Assembly (NCBI GenBank): GCA_963707025.1 | Contig: CAVPOM010000007.1 | Span: forward strand, 256,001 to 320,000 | DNA: 64,000 nt | Direction of reading: 5' to 3' | Origin: an uncultured Verrucomicrobiae bacterium | GTDB lineage: Bacteria; Verrucomicrobiota; Verrucomicrobiia; Limisphaerales; Palsa-1400 | Shown: one piece after another, positions 41,893 to 53,672 of the stretch | Layout of the letters: every line of letters begins with the position of its first letter | Numbering within the stretch: the first letter of the stretch is position 1 | Translations under genes and position numbers: made by a program | The notes under the pieces: model-generated | The model's database searches: none | The model's input: the letters and a program-made list of their open reading frames with translations, nothing else | What the model was told of the DNA's origin: nothing

Positions 41893-42019
41893 GCGTAACA
41901 CCCTGAACCGCCGACCGCCGCCGGCAAAGGACGACGGCAGCAAATCCAGCGCCCGAACAAGCCAAATTCCCTAAAACCGAAGCACAGGCGGCGGGTAGTG
42001 TTCAGCGAATTGTGCGGGA
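41893..42019 (-). other. Degenerate attC-like stem-loop between two small co-oriented genes
   Basis: Minus strand: cccgcac..ctgaac..cccgccgcc...ggcggcggt..gttcag..gttacgc; begins just after a stop codon. Confidence 0.4.
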
Positions 42020-42022
42020 ACA

Positions 42023-42505
42023 TCATTTCGCTGCTCCTTCGTTCAATCTTGCGGCGAGCTGTGCCGCCCCTTGTTCAGAAAACGGACCCGAGATCATAAT
42101 CTTGCCTCGCGAAATTTCATCCTCCACTTTCGGGCTTGTGCAAACCTTGCCGTCAACCACGAAGGCCAGACGGCGGCCAACGTGATCGCGCGTCACCTCC
42201 GCAAAACGCTTGGCGCCTTGCTCAGTGAAAGTGATTTCCACCGCCGGAGTTCCGGTCACTCGATCTTTCTGCACCGCGGCTGATTTGAGGGCTGAGCGGT
42301 CCAGCAGCGGTTTCTTCTGGACGTTCAGCGGCTCGGAGAATGTCTGCCCGGGTGCGGGGCCTTGGTGAAGCTGAATCAACTGCTCTGAATCGGGCGAGGC
42401 GCTGTCGAGCACCAGGCGCACTTCAAATGGTGCCGGCTGCGATGGCTCGGCGGCGGAGAGAGTGCATGCGAGCAGACAGTTCAAAAGGAGCGTTATCGTT
42501 TTCAT
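42023..42505 (-). CDS. Secreted stand-alone SecDF P1-head-like domain protein
   Basis: Signal peptide; PAVEITFTEQGAKRFAEVTRDHVGRRLAFVVDGKV..SPKV..EI..G...ISG.FS. Confidence 0.8.
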   Translation of the reverse strand: MKTITLLLNCLLACTLSAAEPSQPAPFEVRLVLDSASPDSEQLIQLHQGPAPGQTFSEPLNVQKKPLLDRSALKSAAVQKDRVTGTPAVEITFTEQGAKRFAEVTRDHVGRRLAFVVDGKVCTSPKVEDEISRGKIMISGPFSEQGAAQLAARLNEGAAK

Positions 42506-42700
42506 TCTGTGTTGGGGTTGCTGTTGGGAGAAAGACTGCATCGGTTTATGGTGGCTCTGGCCAATAACCATGTCGCTCCCGCCGCGCAACATCAAGCCCG
42601 TTCCGCGACTATTTTCATTCTGCATTTTTAATTTTGCATTTTGCATTTCGCTGCTTTCGGTTATTTTAACGGAATGTCTTGATGGCGAAATTCAGCACTC

Positions 42701-45778
<3,078 letters not shown>

Positions 45779-45839
45779 TGGCCTGCCAGTGTGGGAGGCG
45801 ACTTGTTCGACGCCGACTGTTGCAGGCAGGGTGAGATGC

Positions 45840-45924
45840 GCTACACCCGTTACACCGTTACAGTTGTTGATTATCAACGGTTTACGAAAACTGCGCCCGT
45901 TACACCCCGTTACATTCTGTTACA
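45840..45924. repeat. GTTACA direct-repeat array around a palindrome
   Basis: GTTACA at 45849, 45857, 45899, 45909, 45919 (plus GCTACA at 45840); GTTGAT-t-ATCAAC at 45866-45878. Confidence 0.7.
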
Positions 45925-46110
45925 TCCAACCTACTGCCCTTCATCAGATCGGTCAGGTCTTCGATAAGCTGCTCGCTATCGTTGGCCCCTTCGATGCTGT
46001 CTATGATCTGCTCGACGGCCTCTCCCTCGTTTTTCGCTTCGGCCTCCTCTTGGGCCTCCGTTGCCTCGGTCTTCCGCAAGCCTCCAAGAATTGGAGATTC
46101 AAACTTTCAA

Positions 46111-46147
46111 TTGACATTTGACATAATAACGCTTACTTTAAGCGTTA
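46111..46147 (+). promoter_or_regulatory. Sigma70 promoter overlapped by a palindromic operator
   Basis: TTGACA(46111)-17 bp-TACTTT(46134); TAACGCTTA-ctt-TAAGCGTTA (46127-46147) covers the -10. Confidence 0.7.
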
Positions 46148-46158
46148 CACAGACGTTT

Positions 46159-46758
46159 ATGAATATATCAGCCGAAAATCTTGATGAAATCTTGAGCCGC
46201 CTGAATCGAAAAATGGTTTATGCGGAGGGCAAACCGCTCAATGTGGCGGTATGCGGAGGCTCTGCACTCATCGCCGTTGCTTTAGTGGCTCGTCCAACAA
46301 AGGATGTTGATGTTGTTGCACTCCTTCGCGTGAATCAGGCTAATGTCGAGATTCTGGAGGTCAAGAGTCTGCCTACAGATGTTGAACGGTTGGCTGCGGA
46401 AATCGGGACTGAATTAGGCATTCGGGAAGATTGGTTCAACTTCAATGCGAGTCCGCTGATCGCCTTTGGATTTCCGCCGAACATGACCTCGCGGCTCATC
46501 AAGAAATCCTACGGAATATGCTTGACAGTCTATTTCATCAGTCGCTTTGACCAGGTGCATTTCAAAATATACGCGGCCATGGACCCCAAGGACGGCACCC
46601 GGCACCTCAGCGACCTGCTTGATCTCAAGCCGAAGGAACATGAAGTGAGGGCCGCGGTCTCCTGGCTGCTCGGGCGGAAAGCCAGTGCGGAGTTCAAAGC
46701 CGCCCTCTGCCAAGTGCTGGAGCGAATTGGTTATGAGCGAATCGCTGAACAGATTTAG
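46159..46758 (+). CDS. DUF6036/AbiEii-like nucleotidyltransferase
   Basis: VCGGSAL and RPTKDVDV Pol-beta-superfamily motifs; DWFN; HFKIYA...RHLSDL. Confidence 0.8.
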   Translation: MNISAENLDEILSRLNRKMVYAEGKPLNVAVCGGSALIAVALVARPTKDVDVVALLRVNQANVEILEVKSLPTDVERLAAEIGTELGIREDWFNFNASPLIAFGFPPNMTSRLIKKSYGICLTVYFISRFDQVHFKIYAAMDPKDGTRHLSDLLDLKPKEHEVRAAVSWLLGRKASAEFKAALCQVLERIGYERIAEQI

Positions 46759-49700
46759 GGAAAAACTGAGCGAACTGGTACTGAACTTCGTTCTTGGGCA
46801 GTGGGCCGCCGTCGGCGTCATGGCCACCCGCACCTCGGACCAAGCGCGCGTCATAGACCCTGAGCCGTTGTTGCTGCTGACTTTGGAGGTTGCCCGGCAC
46901 GATCCACGCACGTTCGACGAAGTTCTCGACTGGCTTATTACGAACGGCCGATGGATCAATGTCACCCGACTTGCTGCGTTGTTTGAAGCGGACAGGATTT
47001 GCGCCCCAGAGGTATTGGGCGCTGTCGCGGCCACCCTGTCGCTGCACGACAAGACACCCAAATGGCGCAACTTGGCTGCCAGGTTAAAGCCACTCCCCGA
47101 CAAATCCCCGGAGGCGCTATTCCGCAAAAACGGCCAACCGCTGTTCCTGCCTGGTTCGGAGCCGGATGCCATTTTCAAATCCTATGGATTGCTCCGCACC
47201 CCTGTGCAAACGCGCGGACTTTCCTCCCCGGTTTTACCGTCGCGGACGTTGGAGTGGAGTGCCGCGAACTTCATGTTCAAAGCACGGGCATTATTTGGAG
47301 TGAGCATTCGCGCGGATGCTTTCACTCTTGTCGTGCTGCATGGGTCCTCCAATCCAACCCGCATCGCCCGCGAACTCGGCTATTCCCAGCGTCGCGTGCA
47401 AGATGCTTTGTTGGACATGACATCCGCCGGTGTTTTCCAAGTTCGGAATGTCGGCAATGCCAAGGAGTATTTTGCGGATTCCGAAAGGGTGTTGCGTTTT
47501 CTTGGCGCTCTCGAGGAAGGGATTTGCTGGTTTGATTGGAGAACTCAAGCCCGGGCCTTGAGCACCGTTTGGCGCCGCGTCTTCGCGATGCGTGAGGAGA
47601 ATTTAACGGCTTATATTTTGGAATCGGAACAGGAGAAAATCCTCCGCGAAGTAGAGAATGACCTGCTGCGGGCCATCCCCAAACGTCCCGCTGCCACACT
47701 TGCCGGCTCTGGCCTTCTGCCAGGGAAGCCCCAGGGTTTGATGGAAACAATACAAAGGACTTTACCGCCGTCTGGTGACTTCAAGTGGCAGCGGTTGTGG
47801 GTGGCCCGCGGAGGCAGAATCAGCCTCGCCGATGGCGGATTTCCATACCTTGCCACATTTCCGTGGGACACATCCCGTCCTGAAGTGGTGCCCTATGAGT
47901 CCATCGCCGCCATCCCATGCCTGGTCTTGTTGGGCGAGCCGGGGATGGGAAAGAGCCATGCCATCAGAGCGGCGAAGGAATCCGCTCAATCTTCAATGGA
48001 TGCCACGAAGGCGAAGTCGCTCTTTCTCGATCTTAAATCGTATGGAAACGAAGAACGGTTGAGGAAAGATTTGTTTGGTTCACCCGAGTTCCGGGGATGG
48101 TCCAACGGCGAATTTCAACTCCATCTTTTCCTCGACAGCTTGGACGAGGCGCTCTTGAATCAGCAAACCATCGCCGGTGTGTTGGCCGATGGGATCGGCC
48201 AACTCCCATCTATGGCAGGTTTGTCGCTCCGCATCGCTTGCCGGACGGCCGATTGGCCCTCGGAATTGGAGCAAGCCCTGAAATTGAAATGGCCAGAACC
48301 TGATTTCGGCGTGTACGAATTGGCCCCGCTGACCAGAAACGATGTCAGCGAAGCAGCCAAAGGCAGTGGGATTGACGCAACTGCTTTCCAGCGCTTGATT
48401 GAGGACCATGACTTGGTTCCTTTGGCCTGCAAACCGATTACCCTCAAATTCCTGCTTCTAACCTTCGCGCGAGGCACCTTGCATGGTTTTAGCCAAAAAC
48501 AACTGTACGCGAAAGGATGCCGCATTCTCTGCGAGGAGCAAAGTCCTGCACGCAGACGGTCAAAAGGGGTCTGTACGCTCACCCCCGACCAACGGTTTCA
48601 AATCGCAATGCGCATCGCCGCGGCGACTATTTTGTGCCAACGGGACGCGATCTGGACGGCGGCAGAAAGCGGCGATCCATTGGAATCAGACGTGACCATG
48701 AACGAGCTGTGTGTGGGACCTTTCTCTGCAACAGGCGTTGCCCTCACCCGTGAAAACGTGATGGAAACGCTTTCAACAGGTTTGTTCTGTTCTCGCGGGG
48801 AGAACCGACTCGGCTGGGCGCATCAGACGTACGCCGAGTTCCTGGCCGCTCAGTTTCTTCATGACAGCAAGATGTCGCTTGAGAAAATGCTCAAGTTGTT
48901 GGTCTATCACGGAGATTCGGAAGGAAAACTGGTTCCGCAACTCCATGAAACCGCAGCCTGGCTGGCGACGATGGATGCCTCTATCCGTGAGGCTATATTC
49001 AAGACCGAGCCGGATATACTGTTGCGCAGCGACATTTCGTCCGCAGGCGATGAAGACAAAGAAGGACTTGTGAGAGTCCTGTTAAGACAACTCAATGATG
49101 GAGTCTTAGACAGCCTCCCCTCGCGTCAAAGGTGGCCAAAACTCAAGCATCCAAAAATGGCAGACCAACTCCGCCCGTACATCCTGGACCGGTCGAAGTC
49201 AATGAACGCCCGGTTGGAAGCAATCAACCTCGCTGAAGCTTGTGAACTGACGGAATTTGCCAACGACTTGGCGGAAATCGCGTTGGACCACAGCGAGGAG
49301 AGTCAGCTTCGCAAAGGCGCCGCTTTATTTGTGGCCCACCTCGGTTTGGCGACCGAAAAAGGGCGATTGAAGCCCCTGGTCCACCTATCCGCCGAAGAAG
49401 ACCCAAAAAACGATTTAAAGGGGTGCGCCCTCGAAGCGTGTTGGCCGGAGCAAATGTCCGGTGCTGAACTTTTTTCAGTGCTGACGCTTCCACCAGAGAA
49501 CGGGTTCTATGGCACGTACAAGCATTTCCTAGCGCGTCGGCTCATCGGCAACATAAAGGCGGAACATTTGCCACAGGCGCTCAGATGGGTGCGACAGCAA
49601 AAGCCACGACGTGGGCTTCGTCCTTCCTTTGGCAAACTACTAGAGGAGATCCTCAAAATTGCTGCTAATAATCTGGAGGGACCTGATGTGCTTGATGAGT

Positions 49701-51937
49701 TTTCAAGAACGATCCTGGATCGGCTGCGAAAGCATGATTTGGACATCCGGTCTGACGAGTGGCTGCAGATGCTCAAGACTGACGACCAACTGAGGTTGCA
49801 TATTGTCGAGACAATTCTGTGTGAACTTTCGCAAGCCAATGAGAGCCAGGGGTCGGTGACCATGTTCATGGGGGAGTGTCCGATACTGACTCGAAATGAT
49901 TTCAACTGGTTGGCGGATCATCTGGAGCGAGAAGACAACCGCGAGCGCCAGGCGGTGCTGGCGCAGTGGTTGCAGTTGGCTTGGATCAAAATGGATTGGT
50001 CGCAAACCGAAAGGATCATGAGTCTTGCGGAGAAAATCCCTGCCGCACACAAGCGATTCTTGCCCGACTTGAGTCCGATTGAACTTGGTTCAGAAAGAGC
50101 GAAAAGGGAGCGTGAAGAGTATGAAGCTCTCGCCAGCATCCACCAAGACGAAGCGGAAGCACAACAACCACTGGATCCGCCTCCCTATAAGAGGGTCCTG
50201 TCAATTCTGGAGCAATTCGAAGGCGGGAATACAGATGTCTTTTGGCTACTGGTCAGGGAACTCTGCTTGACAGCGAAGAGCAACTATTACGATAATGAAG
50301 AAGCTTCCGACGTTACACAATTGCCTGGTTGGAAGGAGGCGGATTCGTCAGTTCGAGGCCGGATCATCAAAGCTGCGGAAACTTATATCCGGGACAAAGA
50401 CGCCAATCCCGATGCCTGGTTTACGGAACCAAACATTGTCCATCTTCCGGCCGCAGCCGGCTTCAAGGCGCTTTATCTCCTTTACAAGGAAGCACCACTC
50501 CTGTTTCCCGCGTTGCCCGTCAGTGTTTGGAGTAAGTGGGTCGCAATCATTCTGGGTTATCCAGTATTTGATGAACTTGAACCCCACACGATTTTGACGC
50601 GAAAAGCCTACGAGGTCGTCCCGGAAGACACACTGTTATGGTTTGCGAAAGTCTTGCAAAAGGAGAAACGGGAATCCGCAGGACCGGCCGTCTTGAGCAA
50701 GTTGGGCGGTTTGTGGGACAGCCGGATTGCCGGCCTCGTTCTCCAAACCGCCAAAGACCCGGAAACCAGCCCGGATACTCTGGCAGACCTCCTCAAAGCC
50801 ATGCTGGGACAAAGGGAGACCGATGCAGTTTCACTTGCTTCATCGCTGCTTGATCTCCGCTCATCCGCCGATGAATTCAGCCGTCAGAAAGCGTTGGCTG
50901 CCGCTGAAATCTTGGTCGAGCATTCCCCAGGAAGTTGGAATGCGTTGTGGCCTTTGATTCTCGAGGATGGCCCTTTTGGGAGAAACTTCGTGGCCAGACT
51001 TGCTTACACTTATTTTCTCACGCCGACCGTGCTCCTTAATCAATTGAGTGAAGACCAAGTTGCAGAACTATATTGCTGGCTTGTCGGGCACTATCCGCAT
51101 GAAAAGGACAAGAGGCGCACCGGTGCCCATTTCGTTGGCCCTGAGGAAAAGATCGAGCGATTGCGCGATGGAGTGCTCCAACATCTTTCCGAGCGTGGAA
51201 CACCGGCGACCCTTTCTGCCATCGAATCCATCCAGAGCAGGTTGCCCAAATTGGATCTCAAGCAAGTGCTGTCACACGCCAAGGCGATCACACGCAAAAA
51301 GGACTGGCGGCCACCCACGCCCGGCGACTTGTTCGCTTTTGCCGATCAAAGGGATGCCCGCCTCGTCCGGGATGCCGATGAATTACTGGAAGCTGTCCTG
51401 GAGAGCCTCGCCAAATTCGGAATAAAACTCCAGGGGGAGACTCCCTTGAGTCAGTATCTCTGGAACATTGCCGACGACATATTTCGACCAAAAGACGAAG
51501 CCGCGTTTGCGGACCAAGTCAAGCTGCACCTCCAGACTGATCTGGCTTCATGCGGCATCATTCCCAAACGCGAAGTTGAGATTCGGCGAGGTCAGGAGAC
51601 GGATATCCATGTGGATGCGGTGGCAAAAGTGGAAGGCGCCTCATATAAAGCGGTTAGCGTCATTATCGAAACCAAATGCTCCTGGAACCCTGGATTGGAG
51701 AAGGACATGGAATCACAACTGGCCGGACGTTACCTTCGAGACAACCAATGTCAGCATGGAATCTACTTGGTGGGCTGGTTCACCAGCGACAAATGGGACG
51801 ATAAAGACTACCGCCGCAGGCGCTTGACGTCCTCCGACAAAAGTGCGTTGCAGGCGAACCTTGACGCCAAAGCAGAAGAGTTGTCCAAAGCGGGGATTAA
51901 GGTTCGGGCAATGATCCTGGATGCCAGCCTGCGATAA
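46733..51937 (+). CDS. Fusion protein: N-terminal partner/wHTH domain, NACHT (STAND) NTPase, helical repeats, C-terminal PD-(D/E)xK nuclease
   Basis: HTH NPTRIARELGYSQRRVQDAL; Walker A GEPGMGKS (47933); Walker B LFLDSLDE; IACRTADW; WAHQTYAEFLAA; C-terminal REVEI..ETDIHV..IIETK..QL..RYL..GIYLVGWF. Confidence 0.85.
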   Translation: MSESLNRFREKLSELVLNFVLGQWAAVGVMATRTSDQARVIDPEPLLLLTLEVARHDPRTFDEVLDWLITNGRWINVTRLAALFEADRICAPEVLGAVAATLSLHDKTPKWRNLAARLKPLPDKSPEALFRKNGQPLFLPGSEPDAIFKSYGLLRTPVQTRGLSSPVLPSRTLEWSAANFMFKARALFGVSIRADAFTLVVLHGSSNPTRIARELGYSQRRVQDALLDMTSAGVFQVRNVGNAKEYFADSERVLRFLGALEEGICWFDWRTQARALSTVWRRVFAMREENLTAYILESEQEKILREVENDLLRAIPKRPAATLAGSGLLPGKPQGLMETIQRTLPPSGDFKWQRLWVARGGRISLADGGFPYLATFPWDTSRPEVVPYESIAAIPCLVLLGEPGMGKSHAIRAAKESAQSSMDATKAKSLFLDLKSYGNEERLRKDLFGSPEFRGWSNGEFQLHLFLDSLDEALLNQQTIAGVLADGIGQLPSMAGLSLRIACRTADWPSELEQALKLKWPEPDFGVYELAPLTRNDVSEAAKGSGIDATAFQRLIEDHDLVPLACKPITLKFLLLTFARGTLHGFSQKQLYAKGCRILCEEQSPARRRSKGVCTLTPDQRFQIAMRIAAATILCQRDAIWTAAESGDPLESDVTMNELCVGPFSATGVALTRENVMETLSTGLFCSRGENRLGWAHQTYAEFLAAQFLHDSKMSLEKMLKLLVYHGDSEGKLVPQLHETAAWLATMDASIREAIFKTEPDILLRSDISSAGDEDKEGLVRVLLRQLNDGVLDSLPSRQRWPKLKHPKMADQLRPYILDRSKSMNARLEAINLAEACELTEFANDLAEIALDHSEESQLRKGAALFVAHLGLATEKGRLKPLVHLSAEEDPKNDLKGCALEACWPEQMSGAELFSVLTLPPENGFYGTYKHFLARRLIGNIKAEHLPQALRWVRQQKPRRGLRPSFGKLLEEILKIAANNLEGPDVLDEFSRTILDRLRKHDLDIRSDEWLQMLKTDDQLRLHIVETILCELSQANESQGSVTMFMGECPILTRNDFNWLADHLEREDNRERQAVLAQWLQLAWIKMDWSQTERIMSLAEKIPAAHKRFLPDLSPIELGSERAKREREEYEALASIHQDEAEAQQPLDPPPYKRVLSILEQFEGGNTDVFWLLVRELCLTAKSNYYDNEEASDVTQLPGWKEADSSVRGRIIKAAETYIRDKDANPDAWFTEPNIVHLPAAAGFKALYLLYKEAPLLFPALPVSVWSKWVAIILGYPVFDELEPHTILTRKAYEVVPEDTLLWFAKVLQKEKRESAGPAVLSKLGGLWDSRIAGLVLQTAKDPETSPDTLADLLKAMLGQRETDAVSLASSLLDLRSSADEFSRQKALAAAEILVEHSPGSWNALWPLILEDGPFGRNFVARLAYTYFLTPTVLLNQLSEDQVAELYCWLVGHYPHEKDKRRTGAHFVGPEEKIERLRDGVLQHLSERGTPATLSAIESIQSRLPKLDLKQVLSHAKAITRKKDWRPPTPGDLFAFADQRDARLVRDADELLEAVLESLAKFGIKLQGETPLSQYLWNIADDIFRPKDEAAFADQVKLHLQTDLASCGIIPKREVEIRRGQETDIHVDAVAKVEGASYKAVSVIIETKCSWNPGLEKDMESQLAGRYLRDNQCQHGIYLVGWFTSDKWDDKDYRRRRLTSSDKSALQANLDAKAEELSKAGIKVRAMILDASLR

Positions 51938-51989
51938 GCGGAAGCCAGAAGGCCAGGCGTTCGCCCCGCCCGTTGTCGAAATCCAGGCG

Positions 51990-52310
51990 AAGTCTTTGCG
52001 TTCATTCGCGTTCGTTGGCGGCAATTCCTCCCTAGCGCCCATCATTTTGCCCCTCAATGATTTTGCCTCTCCCCATGATTCTGTCCTGCCATGATTCCGT
52101 TCTCATCCCGCCCGCCCTTCGTTGTCTCCGCGCCCTCCTGTTCAAATCCCCTTCTTGTTTGAGCATTCCGATTTTCCGCATCTGCGTGAATCTGCGTCCA
52201 TCTGCGGGAAACTCCGGAATCGGTTGCGATTTGTCGCGCCAAGCCCTTTGGCGGCAATTCCTGGTCTTGGTTCTGGAATCAAAGCAAAGGCTCCGTTTCG
52301 CCTCCTTCTG
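51990..52310. repeat. Mosaic of short low-complexity intergenic repeats
   Basis: ttcattcgcgttcg, catcattttgccc/atgattttgcc/catgattctgtc, atctgcgtgaatctgcgtccatctgcgg; tttggcggcaattcctggtcttgg at 52247 recurs at 53116. Confidence 0.6.
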
Positions 52311-52340
52311 TTGATAAACCTGCCCCGCCCGGTATTGGTG

Positions 52341-52589
52341 TCACACGGCGTGGGCGAGTGGGCGCACATGCAGGACGCTTTTCGCCGTGAGCGGCTCGAT
52401 TTGTGACTCCCGCACCGTCACGACGTCAACGGTCTCGCCCACCGCGTTAAACACCTCCAAGGTGTAACCTGGTTCCTGTTCCAGACGGCCTGGATGGTAT
52501 TCGACAATCGTAGCCACATCCCCGCGCTCAAGCCGATGCTTGGGCAGGCTGGCCTTTAGTGATACTCTGCTGAACATCTTATATTTCAT
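52341..52589 (-). CDS. DUF4926-domain protein
   Basis: RVSLKASLPKHRLERGDVATIVE...GYTLEVFNAVGETVDVVTV..SQIEPL. Confidence 0.8.
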   Translation of the reverse strand: MKYKMFSRVSLKASLPKHRLERGDVATIVEYHPGRLEQEPGYTLEVFNAVGETVDVVTVRESQIEPLTAKSVLHVRPLAHAV

Positions 52590-52912
52590 GTCTTTTCCGG
52601 ATAAAGCGTCACAAACTTGGACTTGCCCCCGGCGTGCTCGACCATCCAAATGGACACCACGCGCAAGGTCCGTCCATTCGGCCCTGTCAATTTGCCGCGG
52701 ATCTCATATTTGGTGCCATATTCGCCTCGTTCCAAAAATTTGGCTTCGTGTGGCAGCAATTGCGTTCGCAGGTCTGCCAACAGTCGGTCGGTGGTTTCCG
52801 GAATGTAACCGGCTCCAGCCAGAAAACCTGACTTGTCGTCCTCCGGACGACTCACCAGAAGATAGTCGCTGATCTTTCGGCGCGCAATAAAAGTATCAGG
52901 CCGCAATCTCAT
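52586..52912 (-). CDS. DUF6883-domain protein (toxin-like)
   Basis: IARRKISDYLL...DKSGFL...GY...EYGTKYEIRGKLTGPNGRTLRVVSIW...FVTLYP; ATGA-coupled to DUF4926. Confidence 0.78.
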   Translation of the reverse strand: MRLRPDTFIARRKISDYLLVSRPEDDKSGFLAGAGYIPETTDRLLADLRTQLLPHEAKFLERGEYGTKYEIRGKLTGPNGRTLRVVSIWMVEHAGGKSKFVTLYPEKT

Positions 52913-53672
52913 TGGCGGAACTCAGTTGCGTAGTGACGCCGGTGCCTGTCGGTCGGCCTGGATGACCCAAGCGCCTCCGGCGTCATCGGCGTTGTCCCGT
53001 CATGGCCGGGGTAAATCATATTAAACTCTGCCGACAACAGGGTAAAGTCCCGTCCAGCCATTCTCAAGAGTCTTTCTTAAACCGGTGCCCCACGGTTTCT
53101 CGACGCGCTGGGCCGTTTGGCGGCAATTCCTGGTCTTGGGTTTGGAATCAACGCAAAACCTCCGTTCCCTTCGCGTTCTTCTGTTTAAAGATCTTCCTGT
53201 CTTCGCGAGCGGTGCGTTCTTTGAGGTCAATTCATTCTCGGCTGCGGCTTTGCCGCGCTGCGGTTCCTCCGCTGTCGGAATCAAGCGCAATCATCAGTAT
53301 CCTTTCGATGAACCCTCACCTCACCCTGGCCCTCTCCCCTCCCATCGGATGGGAGCGGAGAGGGAACCGCAGACGGACACGAGTTCTTCCACGAAGGCCT
53401 GTCGAGCAACGGCCGGTTCATGGTTCCCATGCGCGGCAAGAATTTGGCGTGGCGGCTAATCATAATCCTAATGTTAATCGGGCCTTCCCCTTTAGCATTT
53501 AGCATTCAGCATTTGGCATTTCCCCCAGACGGGTCCAGACCCTTGGAAACCCCGGGCGCAGGCATTCACGCCGCCTCATCGCAACACGAAAACAGATGAA
53601 TTTTTGAGTCGCCTCCTGGCCCGCCCTGTCGGATAATCGGGAGCCGTATGTCAGGTTTATCGGAGAATCTCC

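Noticed and set aside
45779..53500. Prophage or integrative element carrying the defence islet
   Set aside because: No integrase, transposase, phage structural gene or tRNA att site is visible; only possible relics.
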